From Methanotrichaceae archaeon (lineage in GTDB: Archaea > Halobacteriota > Methanosarcinia > Methanotrichales > Methanotrichaceae), in NCBI GenBank assembly GCA_963748825.1, contig CAVVKN010000023.1, positions 96,001-160,000 of the forward strand: DNA of 64,000 bases, written 5' to 3'. The notes under the pieces are model-generated. The model was given only the letters and a program-made list of their open reading frames with translations. It did not search any database and was not told where the DNA came from. This document shows positions 20,800 through 31,582 of this stretch, piece by piece (positions within the stretch are counted from its first letter, which is position 1; each line of letters begins with the position of its first letter). Made by a program: the position numbers and the translations under genes.

Positions 20800-20890
20800 T
20801 TTCAAAACTTTTCTTTTTTGTGTCTATTCTTCAAAATGTTGCTTCTTTAGCTCGCGCGAAAAAATGATTTGACTAGAAGGGCTTAAGCGT

Positions 20891-21355
20891 CTAATCCACC
20901 TGCACCCTCTGCGCGTTTACGACCACGAGTTTGGGAAGGTGCACCTCTAATATGCCGTCTTTGAAGCTGGCTTTTACCTGTTCCGGCTTGACCTCCATGG
21001 GCAGCTTGATCTCACGCTTGCGGCCCAGGGTACCAATCTCCTGGCGCAGATATTTCCCCTCCCTGGGATTGGCCTTGGCATCGACGTAGAGGCTGTCCTC
21101 CGTCACCCGCAGATCGATCTTCTCTTTGCTGGCGCCCGGCAGAGCAACCAGGGCGATCAGCTCATCTTCAGTCTCTATGAGATCAATGAGGGCAAGATCG
21201 CTGCTCTTGGCCTCGCCAAGCTCGCTGCTCACATCTCCCAGGATCTTCTTGGCCGCCTGGCTGGCCTGGCTGGACATCCTGGCAGCCTCAACGGCCGCCC
21301 TGCCGATCACACGTTCCAGATCGCTGCTCCCTGAGGAATCGGATTTCATGTTCAA
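20891..21355 (-). CDS. Hsp20 / alpha-crystallin small heat shock protein
   Basis: DLIETEDEL..LPG, ASFKDGILEVHLPK. Confidence 0.9.
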   Translation of the reverse strand: MNMKSDSSGSSDLERVIGRAAVEAARMSSQASQAAKKILGDVSSELGEAKSSDLALIDLIETEDELIALVALPGASKEKIDLRVTEDSLYVDAKANPREGKYLRQEIGTLGRKREIKLPMEVKPEQVKASFKDGILEVHLPKLVVVNAQRVQVD

Positions 21356-21371
21356 AATAATGTCATTGCCA

Positions 21372-22674
21372 TCATAAAACCTTTTGCTTTATCCTTGGCT
21401 TTCCTAAAAAGCGGCCATAGCCTGCAGAAACCTGGAAATCTCCATCGTAGACCACGTTGCCCCGAACAATTGTCATTTGGGGAAAGATGGCATCTCTTCC
21501 CTGGAAGGGCGTCCAATCTGCCCGACTGTGCAGACCGATCGGCATTTATTTGCGAGATGGACTTGGGGTCGACAATCACCAGATCGGCGTCCTTGCCTAT
21601 CTCGATGGAGCCCTTGCCGGCCAGGCCATAGATGCGAGCAGGCCTCGCAGCCATTGCATCCACCAGCCTCTCCAGGCTGATCAGGTTTCTTTTCACAGCA
21701 ACGAGCATCAAGGGCAGCATGGTCTCCACGCCCGGCACCCCCGCCGGCGCCTCCCAGATGTCCTCTTCTTTCTCCTCGGGCAGGTGCGGCGCATGATCCG
21801 AGGCCAGAATATCGATCGTACCGGAGCGCAGGCCCTGCCAGAGGGCGTCGTTGTCCGCCTGGCTTCTCAGGGGCGGATTCATCTTCAAGTAGGAGCCCTG
21901 TTTTTTGTAGTCCTTGATGTTGAGCAAGAGATGATGGGGTGTCGCCTCGCTTGTCACCTTTCTTCCGCCTCTCTTGGCCTGGGCTACCTTTTCCAGCCCA
22001 TGGGCCGAGCTGAGGTGGCAGATGTGCAGACGATCCGATAAGGCCAGGGATTTCTCTATGGCCACCGCCTCGGCTGCGGCAGGCCGCGCCTGCGAATAAA
22101 CCTCAGGATCATGCCGGCCCAAGAGTGGAGCGGTCTTCTCTTTTATGATCAATCCATCCTCGGCATGAAGGCTGGCCAGCATTCCCGCCCGCCCAGCTTC
22201 TACAAGGATTTTCTGAAGCGTTTCATCGCTGTGCTCATAGGAAAAGATCTCGCCTATGGCCGCCGCCCCGGCTGCCGCCAGCTCATCGATATTTCCAGGC
22301 CCCCCATTGAGGCAGAAGTCTACCATAGAACGATGTCGGGCAATATCCAGCTTCTCTGCAAAGGAGCGGGCATCCAGCGTGCGGGGAATGGTGTTGGGCT
22401 GGTCGATTACCGTGGTCACGCCTCCCGCTGCTGCCGCAGCCGAGCCGCTGGCCCAGTCCTCTTTGTAGTTGGGCCCCGGATCGCGGAAGTGTACATGGGC
22501 ATCGATGGCACCGGGCAGGACCAGCATGCCTCTCGCGTCGATTCTCTCCTCGGCCCGGTGCGCTCCACCCAGCGCTGCGATATGACCATCTTTGATCCAG
22601 ATGTCTATGCTCATTTGCCCAATAGCTGTGAAAACCCGGCCGTTTTTTACAACCAGATCAAAGTTTATATCCAA
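21372..22674 (-). CDS. pyrC: Dihydroorotase, apparent +1 frameshift ~21534
   Basis: PGAIDAHVHFRDPG, KMNPPLR, SDHAPH; corrected C-terminus LHSRADWTPF..TIVRG. Confidence 0.9.
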
Positions 22675-23140
22675 ACCTCCTCAGGAGCTTGCGCCTCTCC
22701 CCCACCTGGGCCGGCGTCTCCGCCCCACGGGGAGAAAAGCCATCGATGACGCCCATAATTCCCCTACCAAGCTCTGTCTCGGCCACGACCACCTGCAAGG
22801 GATTGGCTGTGGCGCAGAAGATGCCGCAAACCTCCTGCACGGCCTTGACGGCATTCAAGACGTTGATAGGAAAAGCCCCTTTCATCAGCACCACAAAAGT
22901 ATGGCCACAGGCCAGGGCCAGAGAATTCTGTCTGGCCGCCTCGATGAGGCTTTCGTCATTGCCCTCCGTGCGCACCAGGCAGTCGCCGCTGGCCTCGGAG
23001 AAAGCGACGGCGAACTTCGCGGCCGGGATTGTGCCCGCCATTACCTCATAGATATCCTCAGCCGTTTTGATAAAGTGGCTCTGCCCTAAAATCAGGTTCG
23101 CTCCATCGGGAATTTTTATATCTACGATCTTTAGCTCCAT
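22658..23140 (-). CDS. Adenosine-specific kinase family protein (DUF355/COG1839)
   Basis: GQSHFIKT, FSEASG, IFCATANP, RKLLRRFGYKL. Confidence 0.88.
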   Translation of the reverse strand: MELKIVDIKIPDGANLILGQSHFIKTAEDIYEVMAGTIPAAKFAVAFSEASGDCLVRTEGNDESLIEAARQNSLALACGHTFVVLMKGAFPINVLNAVKAVQEVCGIFCATANPLQVVVAETELGRGIMGVIDGFSPRGAETPAQVGERRKLLRRFGYKL

Positions 23141-23301
23141 TCTTCCATTCCTCGAAGATGACTAATGTCCTGCTGCAGACTTATACTTTAGGGAGATGAG
23201 AACTTTGAGATGCAGGTTGAAGATGCAGGATTTAAAAAGCGTTTTAAAAAAGGAGCGAAATGGGGCGCACCTACGGCCGCCTCGCTTGACCTAAATGCTC
23301 A

Positions 23302-23586
23302 TCACTTATTGCGAAGTCCCTTCTTCGGCCCCACTGATTGCTTTGCCAACTGCTTGCTCTTCCTGGTAATAAGTGATGATGTGATATAGTACACCACTAT
23401 GAACAAGATGGCTGAATATATCGCCATGCTGATCGATTCCACGATGTTTAAATTTAGCAAGAAGTAGGAATATGGGATGTATATCAACAGAACCAGGATA
23501 CCGGCAATGAATGCCTGTTGCATCAGTGTATACTGCCGAAAACGCAAAATAAGCTCTGCATAGTTTAAATTTGGAAAATTCACCAC
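23302..23586 (-). CDS. Small two-TM membrane protein
   Basis: Two hydrophobic segments and a basic tail; overlaps the upstream gene. Confidence 0.7.
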   Translation of the reverse strand: MVNFPNLNYAELILRFRQYTLMQQAFIAGILVLLIYIPYSYFLLNLNIVESISMAIYSAILFIVVYYITSSLITRKSKQLAKQSVGPKKGLRNK

Positions 23587-24479
23587 GGATCCTTCACCTC
23601 ATCTACTTTTAGCATCCCTTTTCTGTTCATATAAAGCCTTGTCCACCAGAGATTGGATAGGGGCGCTATAACCAGCAGATTCACTATGCCAGTGATCGCT
23701 GAGAGGGGCTCGCTTTCTGCCCCTCCGCCCGTGGAAAATGCGCCGCCGATCATCTGCAGGCCCAAAGATAAAGCTGCCACTACCAGCCAGAGAATTATTA
23801 CATCAAACTTGTTATACCGGAAAAAATTTGTGGATGCCAAAACGGCCTGCACGGGACCCAGGCCCTGCACAACCAGAACATAAGGCGTCGTTGCCAGGAT
23901 CACAGACAGAGCAAGGGCATAAAGGATGAACAGGAGCAGGCCCACGACCATCAGGCCCATCGCCTGTGGATCCGCTTGCAATGACAGCGTCCCCTGCGCC
24001 AGGGCCGGCAGAAGGAAGACCAGGCCGACCAGTGTCAGGAGTCCCATCAGCAGGGTTGCCAGGAACATATTAAAGAAATACTTCTTTCCAGCAGACCACA
24101 TGGCACTCGTATCCGATTTTCCTTTCTCCAGAGCCTGCCTGGCCATGCCGATGGCCCCGGCTGTGAAGAATGCATTGACCAAAGACAAGAGCACGACCAG
24201 CACCAGGAAGAGTACTGCGATCTGCAGGATCTTGTCCATCTCAAGGCTACCCAAAGATCCTTGCATCTGAGCCAGCAGCTCTTGCATATCCTCAACATTT
24301 TGTAGCAGCAAAGTCGCATTCATGCTCTCCGTGGGCAGAGAGGTTATAAAGAAGGCTGCCAGAAATGGCACCAAGATCAGCATGGAGACAAAGATGCTGA
24401 GCAGGAAGGGAATACATAGGTTTAAGTTGTCCCTCCAGACGGCAAATCCCTTGCCGATCATCGCTCCAATTTCTTCCAT
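23580..24479 (-). CDS. Polytopic membrane protein of unknown function
   Basis: About 6 TM segments; operon with the PUA gene. Confidence 0.8.
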   Translation of the reverse strand: MEEIGAMIGKGFAVWRDNLNLCIPFLLSIFVSMLILVPFLAAFFITSLPTESMNATLLLQNVEDMQELLAQMQGSLGSLEMDKILQIAVLFLVLVVLLSLVNAFFTAGAIGMARQALEKGKSDTSAMWSAGKKYFFNMFLATLLMGLLTLVGLVFLLPALAQGTLSLQADPQAMGLMVVGLLLFILYALALSVILATTPYVLVVQGLGPVQAVLASTNFFRYNKFDVIILWLVVAALSLGLQMIGGAFSTGGGAESEPLSAITGIVNLLVIAPLSNLWWTRLYMNRKGMLKVDEVKDPW

Positions 24480-24482
24480 TCT

Positions 24483-24971
24483 TCATTCCTCCAGCTCATT
24501 CCAGATCGCATCGCCCACGTGGTGTAGCGACTTGACCGCCTTCCCCTCACCCTTCATATCCGTTCCCGCTACTAGGGCCCGGCCTATGGCCAGAGGCTTT
24601 TGATGCCTCACCTCTACTATTACCACCAGGTCGCCTACGGCTATCTCCGGATCGGCAGAGACTATGCCAGGCTTCATGATGTCCGCCCCATTCACCACAA
24701 AACGCACCGCGCCCGCATCTACAACTACCAGCCTCTTCTTCGGCATAAGTTCGATGGCTCCGAGCACGGTGAAGAAGGGCTGCTCTTCCACAATCATCAT
24801 CAAAGGCCGGCCATCTACGAAGATGAGATCTACGCCCTCGTCGCTTATCGCCATCTCTAGCGATGATCGGCGCAGGCGAGATGGGTCGTCCAGTAAGGGC
24901 TCTATCTTTGCAATTACCTTCCGAGCGTCGCTCCCCCTGAGATGATGCCTGGATTTTATCTTCATGCACAA
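24483..24971 (-). CDS. PUA-domain RNA-binding protein (Tma20/MCTS1-like)
   Basis: KIKSRHHL, VVVDAGAVRFVVNGADIMKPGI, LHHVGDAIW. Confidence 0.9.
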   Translation of the reverse strand: MCMKIKSRHHLRGSDARKVIAKIEPLLDDPSRLRRSSLEMAISDEGVDLIFVDGRPLMMIVEEQPFFTVLGAIELMPKKRLVVVDAGAVRFVVNGADIMKPGIVSADPEIAVGDLVVIVEVRHQKPLAIGRALVAGTDMKGEGKAVKSLHHVGDAIWNELEE

Positions 24972-25056
24972 CAGAATATCCCGATAGGTTTAAATATGCA
25001 ACGAGCACGTTTGGAATTTGAAGCCTTTTGCGGTTATCAATGCTGGAGAGAGGTTA

Positions 25057-25275
25057 ATGGGTCAGAGACCGCTTGATATTCTGAATGAATCACTGAATGG
25101 ACCTGTCATAGTTAAGCTAAAGGACGGAAGGGTCTTTCGGGGAGAGCTGCAGGGTTATGATATACACATGAACCTAGTGCTCGAAAAAACTGAAGAAGTG
25201 GCAGAAGGGGCGGTCGCACGCAAGATTGGAACTGTGATCGTGCGAGGAGATAACGTAGTATATATTTCACCGTGA
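25057..25275 (+). CDS. Sm-like archaeal protein (SmAP/Lsm)
   Basis: [16 protein letters not shown] (Sm1), IVRGDNV (Sm2); ATG at 25057. Confidence 0.95.
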   Translation: MGQRPLDILNESLNGPVIVKLKDGRVFRGELQGYDIHMNLVLEKTEEVAEGAVARKIGTVIVRGDNVVYISP

Positions 25276-25285
25276 GGTATTCTAG

Positions 25286-25462
25286 ATGACAAAAGGTACT
25301 CCTTCTATGGGCAAGCGCCACAAGAGTTCGCATATCCGATGCAGACGCTGTGGCAGCATATCGTTCAATTTCAAGAGAAAAGTATGTGTTCACTGCGGCT
25401 TTGGTAATTCATCCAAGCTACGAATGGGAAGTCACAAGTGGATGAGAAAGGCAGATTACTAG
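25286..25462 (+). CDS. rpl37e: 50S ribosomal protein L37e (58 aa, below the ORF-track cutoff)
   Basis: [29 protein letters not shown]; conserved Lsm-L37e-purF order. Confidence 0.95.
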   Translation: MTKGTPSMGKRHKSSHIRCRRCGSISFNFKRKVCVHCGFGNSSKLRMGSHKWMRKADY

Positions 25463-25473
25463 AGGCATAAAAG

Positions 25474-26892
25474 TTGCACGATGCCTGCGGCGTTGTCGGG
25501 ATTTCCTTCAATGAGACGGGCAATAATGTAGCCAAATCCATTTACTATGCCCTCTATGCCCTGCAACACAGGGGACAGGAGGCAGCCGGCATCTCGGTAC
25601 ATGACGGCAAGGCCATACGCACCCATCGGGGCATGGGCCTTGTCTCAGAAGTATTCGATGATGCCCAAATCGCGCTGCTGCGTGGCCAGGTGGGCATTGG
25701 TCATGTCCGATATCCCACATCCGGCCGATCGTGCATAGAAAACAGCCAGCCTCTGCTGGTAAAATTCAAAGATGGAGCTATTGCCATAGCCCATAATGGT
25801 AATCTGGTGAATTCCTGCCAGCTCCGGGAGCACCTGGAGCAAGCAGGAGACATCTTCTATTCTACCTCGGACACCGAGGTTATAGCTCACCTTTTTGTAA
25901 AAGAGCTTCTGCGTTATGATCTGCAGGAAGCAGTGCGTGCCTTGATGCGAAAGCTTGTGGGCTCCTACTCGCTCGTCTTTCTCTGGGGGGACACCGTCCT
26001 CGCCGTGCGCGATCCTCTGGGCATCAAGCCCCTGTGCATAGGCGAGATCGATTCAGGTATTATGGTGGCCTCGGAGAGTGCCGCCATAGATACTCTGAAT
26101 GGACGGCTCATTCGCGATGTTATGCCCGGCGAACTGGTGGTTATGAGGCACGGCGAGATGAAGTCGTATCAACTAGCCCGCCTTCCCCATCAGGCGCACT
26201 GCATATTCGAGTACATTTACTTCGCAAGGCCAGACAGCATCATGGACGGTCGCCTGATTTACGAGGTACGGGTGAACATCGGAGCCAATCTGGCACACGA
26301 GCATCCGGCTGATGCGGACACCGTCACGCCCATTCCCGACTCTGGGATTACTTTGGCCGTGGGCTACCATCAGCACTCTGGGATCAGCTACCGGGAGTGC
26401 TTGATGAAGAACCGCTACATCGGCCGAACCTTCATCATGCCCGATCAGAACATGCGAGAGACCGCCGTACGCCTGAAGATGAATACCATACGGCCCAATA
26501 TCGAGGGACATAAGCTGGTCTTGGTGGACGATTCAATCGTGCGCGGCACCACCAGCCGCAGGATCGTGGACATGGTCAGAAAGGCCGGGGCAGAAAAGGT
26601 GCATGTGCGCATAGGCAGCCCGCCCATCATGGCACCCTGCTATCTCGGCATCGACATGGCCAGCCGCGAGGAGCTCATTGCCGCCTACAAGACGGTGGCT
26701 GGAGTAGAGGCCGTGATCAACGCCGACTCCCTGGGCTACGTGAGCCACAAGGGCCTGGTGGATGCCGTGGGCATACCCAAGGAGAACCTTTGCATGGGAT
26801 GCCTGACAGGGCTTTATCCTGTGGAGATACCAGGCGAGAAGTGCATGGCGGCGCAGACGAAGCTCTCGGAATATCTCGATACCAACTATTGA
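25474..26892 (+). CDS. purF: Amidophosphoribosyltransferase
   Basis: CGVVG N-terminal nucleophile, QHRGQE, VDDSIVRGTT PRPP motif. Confidence 0.96.
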   Translation: MHDACGVVGISFNETGNNVAKSIYYALYALQHRGQEAAGISVHDGKAIRTHRGMGLVSEVFDDAQIALLRGQVGIGHVRYPTSGRSCIENSQPLLVKFKDGAIAIAHNGNLVNSCQLREHLEQAGDIFYSTSDTEVIAHLFVKELLRYDLQEAVRALMRKLVGSYSLVFLWGDTVLAVRDPLGIKPLCIGEIDSGIMVASESAAIDTLNGRLIRDVMPGELVVMRHGEMKSYQLARLPHQAHCIFEYIYFARPDSIMDGRLIYEVRVNIGANLAHEHPADADTVTPIPDSGITLAVGYHQHSGISYRECLMKNRYIGRTFIMPDQNMRETAVRLKMNTIRPNIEGHKLVLVDDSIVRGTTSRRIVDMVRKAGAEKVHVRIGSPPIMAPCYLGIDMASREELIAAYKTVAGVEAVINADSLGYVSHKGLVDAVGIPKENLCMGCLTGLYPVEIPGEKCMAAQTKLSEYLDTNY

Positions 26893-27077
26893 TAATATCA
26901 TCCCATTTCCCTTTCTCCCATTTGAATCAGTTCAGTCAGCTAATTTTTCGATCATTTTGTCATATGGTTCGAAAGTTCATAATTCGGCTACATTATTGCT
27001 GCTTGATGCTGACTGATGCAGACTACCAAAAGTATTCAATATAACTTGGAAACAAAACTATATGTTGGTGGTGGGAT

Positions 27078-29549
27078 TTGGGTATAGATTCTATCATCGA
27101 TGTCGATGAAGCCAAGAAAGCATCGGTAGCCGATTTGATGAATAGTCTCTCATCAAGCGTGAGCGGCCTCTCTACATCAGAGGCAGAAGCAAGACTCCAG
27201 CAATACGGCCCAAACGAGATTTCGGAGAAAAAAATCAATCCGCTTATAAAATTCCTGGGCTATTTTTGGGGGACCATTCCCTGGATGATTGAGGCGGCAG
27301 CCATTCTTTCCGCAATACTGAGTCGCTGGGACGACTTTGCCATTATCTTCTTGCTTCTTCTCATGAACGGCGTGGTTGGCTTCTGGCAGGAGCATAAAGC
27401 CGACAATGCCATTGAGCTTTTGAAGAAGAGGCTTGCACCTACGGCCAGAGTCCAGAGAGATGGACAATGGAAAGCCCTACCCTCCGGTGAACTTGTGCCA
27501 GGTGATCTTGTTAGAATCCGTTTGGGTGAGATCGTTCCTGCAGACATCAAGCTCATTGAGGGCGATTTCCTCCAGGTAGACGAATCCTCCCTGACGGGTG
27601 AATCGCTGCCAGTGGAGAAAAAGGTCTCTGAGGTTGCTTTCTCCGGATCAATAGTTCGTCAGGGAGAGATGACCGCTCTGGTCTTTGCGACAGGGATGAA
27701 TACCTACTTCGGCCGCACTGCCAAGCTTGTAGAATTGGCCAAGACCCAGAGCCACTTTCAGAAGGCGGTAGTCAAGATTGGAGACTATCTGATCATTCTG
27801 GCCGTCGTCCTGGTGACCCTAATATTCATCGTAGCCACTCTGAGACATGAAAGCTTTCTGCAGACTTTGCAGTTCGCATTGGTGCTGGTGGTGGCCGCCA
27901 TACCCGCCGCCCTTCCTGCCGTTCTGTCCGTGACCATGGCAGTGGGTGCAATGGAACTCGCCAAGAAGGAGGCCATAGTGAGCAGGCTGGCAGCCATCGA
28001 AGAGATGGCCGGGGTGGATGTTCTCTGCTCAGATAAGACCGGCACCATAACTCAGAATGCCATTACGGTGGCTGAGGTAGTGCCCTTCGAGGGCTTCAGC
28101 GAGAAGGATGTGCTGCTGTTTGGCACCTTAGCCTCCCGAGAGGAGAACGGCGACCTCATAGATATCGCCATCATAAAGAAGAGCAAAGAAGAGCAGGTTG
28201 AACCAGGCAGCTACAAATTGGGCAAGTTCAAACCCTTCGATCCCGTTTCCAAGAGGACACAAGCCGAAATCGAGGGGCCACAAGGCAGTTTTAGGGTAGC
28301 CAAAGGTGCACCTCAGGCCATATTCTCATTAGTAGCAAATATTACTGTGGGCTCACCAGTTGACCAAAACGTAGAGACTTTCGCTTCCAAGGGCTACCGG
28401 GCTCTGGGCGTTGCCAGCACAAACTCCAAAGGAGCCTGGCGTTATGTGGGACTCATAGCCCTTCAAGATCCGCCCAGAGAAGACTCTGCAGAGACAATCA
28501 AGACCGCAAAGTCTCTCGGTGTCAGCATAAAGATGGTCACTGGCGATCATGTAGCCATAGCCAAAGAGATCGCTCAGATGGTGGGTCTGGGAACCAATAT
28601 CCGGCCCGCATCGGACTTCATCGACAAACCAGATGAAGAGGCCACCGATATCATCGAAAAGGCAGACGGTTTTGCGCAAGTATTTCCTGAGCACAAATTC
28701 AAGATAGTAGAGCTGCTTCAAGCCAGAGGCCACATTGTTGGCATGACTGGTGACGGGGTAAACGATGCACCTGCCTTGAAGAAAGCCGACGCAGGAATTG
28801 CAGTATCAGGAGCAACAGATGCCGCCAAGTCAGCTGCCGCGATAGTATTAACCAGACCGGGGCTCTCCGTCATCATTGACGCCATCAAAGAGAGCCGCAA
28901 GATATTCCGGCGCATGAACAGCTACGCCATTTACCGCATCGCTGAGACCATCAGAGTACTGTTCTTCATCACACTCTCAATAATCATTTTCAACTTTTAT
29001 CCGGTGACAGCAATCATGATAGTGTTGCTGGCTCTACTTAACGATTTTGCCATCATGTCCATAGCCTATGACCGGGCTGAGTATGCGCCCAAGCCGAGCC
29101 GTTGGGATATGACATCGGTGCTGAGCATGGCCACATTTCTAGGCCTGGTAGGTACAGTGTCCTCATTCTTATTTTTTTCCATTGGCATATCCATTCTGCA
29201 CCTCTCCCAGGATGTGCTCCAATCAATGATGTACCTCAAGCTCTCTGTTGCGGGGCATTTTCTCATATTTATTACCAGGACAAAAGGCCATTTCTGGTCC
29301 TACAGGCCGAGCAATATACTGCTGGCAGCCGTTTTGGGCACTCAGATAGTGGCAACCATTATCGCAGTCTATGGCCTGCTCATACCCTCGATAGGCTGGA
29401 AGCTTGCATTATTAGTATGGGCTTACGCCATGGTAGCCTTCGTTTTGACGGACTTCGCCAAGGTCTTCCTATTCAAACGGTTTGAGCGAGAGGTGAATAT
29501 CCTAGAGAAGGAGGCAGTAGTTATCGAAAAAGAGGTCGGAAAATTTTAG
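27078..29549 (+). CDS. P-type H+-exporting ATPase (type IIIA, plasma-membrane type)
   Basis: LTGES, CSDKTGT, KPFDPVSKRT, KGAPQ, TGDGVNDAPALKKAD, LLNDFAIMSIAYD. Confidence 0.93.
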   Translation: MGIDSIIDVDEAKKASVADLMNSLSSSVSGLSTSEAEARLQQYGPNEISEKKINPLIKFLGYFWGTIPWMIEAAAILSAILSRWDDFAIIFLLLLMNGVVGFWQEHKADNAIELLKKRLAPTARVQRDGQWKALPSGELVPGDLVRIRLGEIVPADIKLIEGDFLQVDESSLTGESLPVEKKVSEVAFSGSIVRQGEMTALVFATGMNTYFGRTAKLVELAKTQSHFQKAVVKIGDYLIILAVVLVTLIFIVATLRHESFLQTLQFALVLVVAAIPAALPAVLSVTMAVGAMELAKKEAIVSRLAAIEEMAGVDVLCSDKTGTITQNAITVAEVVPFEGFSEKDVLLFGTLASREENGDLIDIAIIKKSKEEQVEPGSYKLGKFKPFDPVSKRTQAEIEGPQGSFRVAKGAPQAIFSLVANITVGSPVDQNVETFASKGYRALGVASTNSKGAWRYVGLIALQDPPREDSAETIKTAKSLGVSIKMVTGDHVAIAKEIAQMVGLGTNIRPASDFIDKPDEEATDIIEKADGFAQVFPEHKFKIVELLQARGHIVGMTGDGVNDAPALKKADAGIAVSGATDAAKSAAAIVLTRPGLSVIIDAIKESRKIFRRMNSYAIYRIAETIRVLFFITLSIIIFNFYPVTAIMIVLLALLNDFAIMSIAYDRAEYAPKPSRWDMTSVLSMATFLGLVGTVSSFLFFSIGISILHLSQDVLQSMMYLKLSVAGHFLIFITRTKGHFWSYRPSNILLAAVLGTQIVATIIAVYGLLIPSIGWKLALLVWAYAMVAFVLTDFAKVFLFKRFEREVNILEKEAVVIEKEVGKF

Positions 29550-29619
29550 CAACACCGACTGTGTTGAATGAATTAAGAACAACACCGTTGTTCAGGCCGT
29601 CAGCGTCGCTACCAGTACT

Positions 29620-31383
29620 TCAGCTAGCGTTTGCTGTGCATTGGATTCTGGTTACGTCATCTAAAGCCAGCAAGCCAAGGATCTGGTCGGGATTATTTCT
29701 TGCCACAACCGGGAGCTGGCTGATGTGATTTACGATCATCTTATTCATCGCGTCAAATAGAGATTCGTCCGGATGGGTTACTACCAGCTTGGTGCTCATT
29801 ATATCTTTCACCGATGCTTGTGGTCGATCTTGGTGGATGCATCTTACTGCGTCCAGTTTAGCCACAATCCCCACGAGCTTGCCCTCATCTACCACCGGCA
29901 CGGCGTGAACCTCGTACCTTTCTAAGAGGTTGGCCACTTCATCCAGCGTCGACCGGGGGCTGATAATCGGTACGCTGCTGACCATCGCTTCTTTCACTTT
30001 AAGCGCCTTGAGGAGCATAACCGAGTACTCATGTCGATGGGCAGGCGACTCTGCCCTCACGTTCACCTGCTTCTCGTAGATGTAATTGTCTCCAGTGACG
30101 AAATAGGCTATGGAACAGGCCAGCATGCTGGGAATCAAGAGTGTATAATCCATGGTCATCTCGCTTACCATGATGATCACCGCCAGAGGAACTTTGGCGA
30201 TGCCTCCAAAGAGGGCCATCATGCCCACGATGACGAAGCCCGAAGGGGAGCTGGGAGTGATGGCTGGGTAGCTATGAAGGAGATTCCACAAGACGCCACC
30301 GGTCATTCCGCCGATTACCAAACCTGGAGCGAAAACACCGCCGCTGCCGCCCGACCCTATGGTCAGTCCGGTGGTCAGGATCTTGAAGACCGCCACCGCC
30401 AGCATGACCGTCACCGGCAAGGCGATGAAGTTGCCGTTGATGGCAAACTGCAGCCAGCCGTAGCTTGTGCCCAGGACTTGTGGCAGAAAGACGCCAATTA
30501 AGCCAACCATGAGCCCTCCAATGGCGGGCTTTATCCAGTTGGGAATTCCAGCGCTCTTGAATAGGTCTCTCAGGTAGTAGAAGCTGCGCCCGTACCCTAT
30601 GCCGACCAGTCCGCAGACAACGCCTAGGATAGAGTAGGAGATAAGCTCAGGAGCTCTGCTGAATGGCGGGACGATGCCGCTGCCGAATACCGGCGCCCAT
30701 CCGCTCCAGGAAGCGAAGATGCTGTAGCCCACAACGGATGCGATAAAGGACGGCAGAAGAGCTTCATACTCGAAATCGCGGCGGTAGAGGACCTCCATGC
30801 TGAGGATAGCACCACCCAAGGGTGCCTTAAAGATGGAGCCAATCCCGGCGCCGATCCCGGCAGCCACGGCAATGCGCCTGTCGGAATCAGACAGGTGGAA
30901 CAGATCCGCCAGGGCAGAGGCAATCCCGGCGGCTATTTGGGCGGTGGGGCCTTCTCTACCGGCACTGCCGCCGCTGCCTATGGTGATGGCGGATGCTACG
31001 GCTTTAACCACCGGCACACGGCGGCGAATGAAGCCTCCTTTATTGTGGAATGCATCTATGGCCGCGTCGGTCCCGTGCCCTTCCGCCTCCGGAGCAAAAT
31101 GAAAGACGATAAGCCCGCTCAGCAGCCCCCCGGCAGCCGTGAGGATGGGAAGAATCCAGGGCCTGGCCACGCCGGTAAATACGGTCGCACCCTCTCCGGT
31201 GGACGTGGGGGGAACGTATCCTGCAACAAGTCCGAGCAGGAGCTCTGTGGCTGTCGTTAAAGACCAATAGAAGATTATGGAACCCAGGCCTGCGGCAATT
31301 CCTATCAGTATGCTTAATGTGACCCATTTTCTGGTATAACTTGCGCGCGTGAGGTCGCAAAAGTTCTTGACTGCCGATTTCAT
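29620..31383 (-). CDS. ClC chloride channel / Cl-H+ antiporter with tandem CBS domains
   Basis: GSAGREGP, FKAPLGG, GGVFAPGL, C-terminal CBS pair. Confidence 0.93.
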   Translation of the reverse strand: MKSAVKNFCDLTRASYTRKWVTLSILIGIAAGLGSIIFYWSLTTATELLLGLVAGYVPPTSTGEGATVFTGVARPWILPILTAAGGLLSGLIVFHFAPEAEGHGTDAAIDAFHNKGGFIRRRVPVVKAVASAITIGSGGSAGREGPTAQIAAGIASALADLFHLSDSDRRIAVAAGIGAGIGSIFKAPLGGAILSMEVLYRRDFEYEALLPSFIASVVGYSIFASWSGWAPVFGSGIVPPFSRAPELISYSILGVVCGLVGIGYGRSFYYLRDLFKSAGIPNWIKPAIGGLMVGLIGVFLPQVLGTSYGWLQFAINGNFIALPVTVMLAVAVFKILTTGLTIGSGGSGGVFAPGLVIGGMTGGVLWNLLHSYPAITPSSPSGFVIVGMMALFGGIAKVPLAVIIMVSEMTMDYTLLIPSMLACSIAYFVTGDNYIYEKQVNVRAESPAHRHEYSVMLLKALKVKEAMVSSVPIISPRSTLDEVANLLERYEVHAVPVVDEGKLVGIVAKLDAVRCIHQDRPQASVKDIMSTKLVVTHPDESLFDAMNKMIVNHISQLPVVARNNPDQILGLLALDDVTRIQCTANAS

Positions 31384-31582
31384 AATGGTGTCTTGTCGTC
31401 CTGCTGGTGGCTTCTGTAAACGTACAGCCTGCTAGGTAGCATGCTGCGGGTCATATCTCTCAGGGCACCCCCATGGGGCACTCATTCAACTCTGAACACA
31501 TTTCAAAATAGCCAATCGCTGACTTTGACTTCAAGCTATCGGTCCCCATCAAACGCCGATCGACACAATACTATTTAAGAAA

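Noticed and set aside
31384-31580. Fluoride riboswitch / CLC-F exporter
   Set aside because: No crcB-motif consensus is visible, and the channel has canonical GREGP rather than the CLC-F GREGT signature
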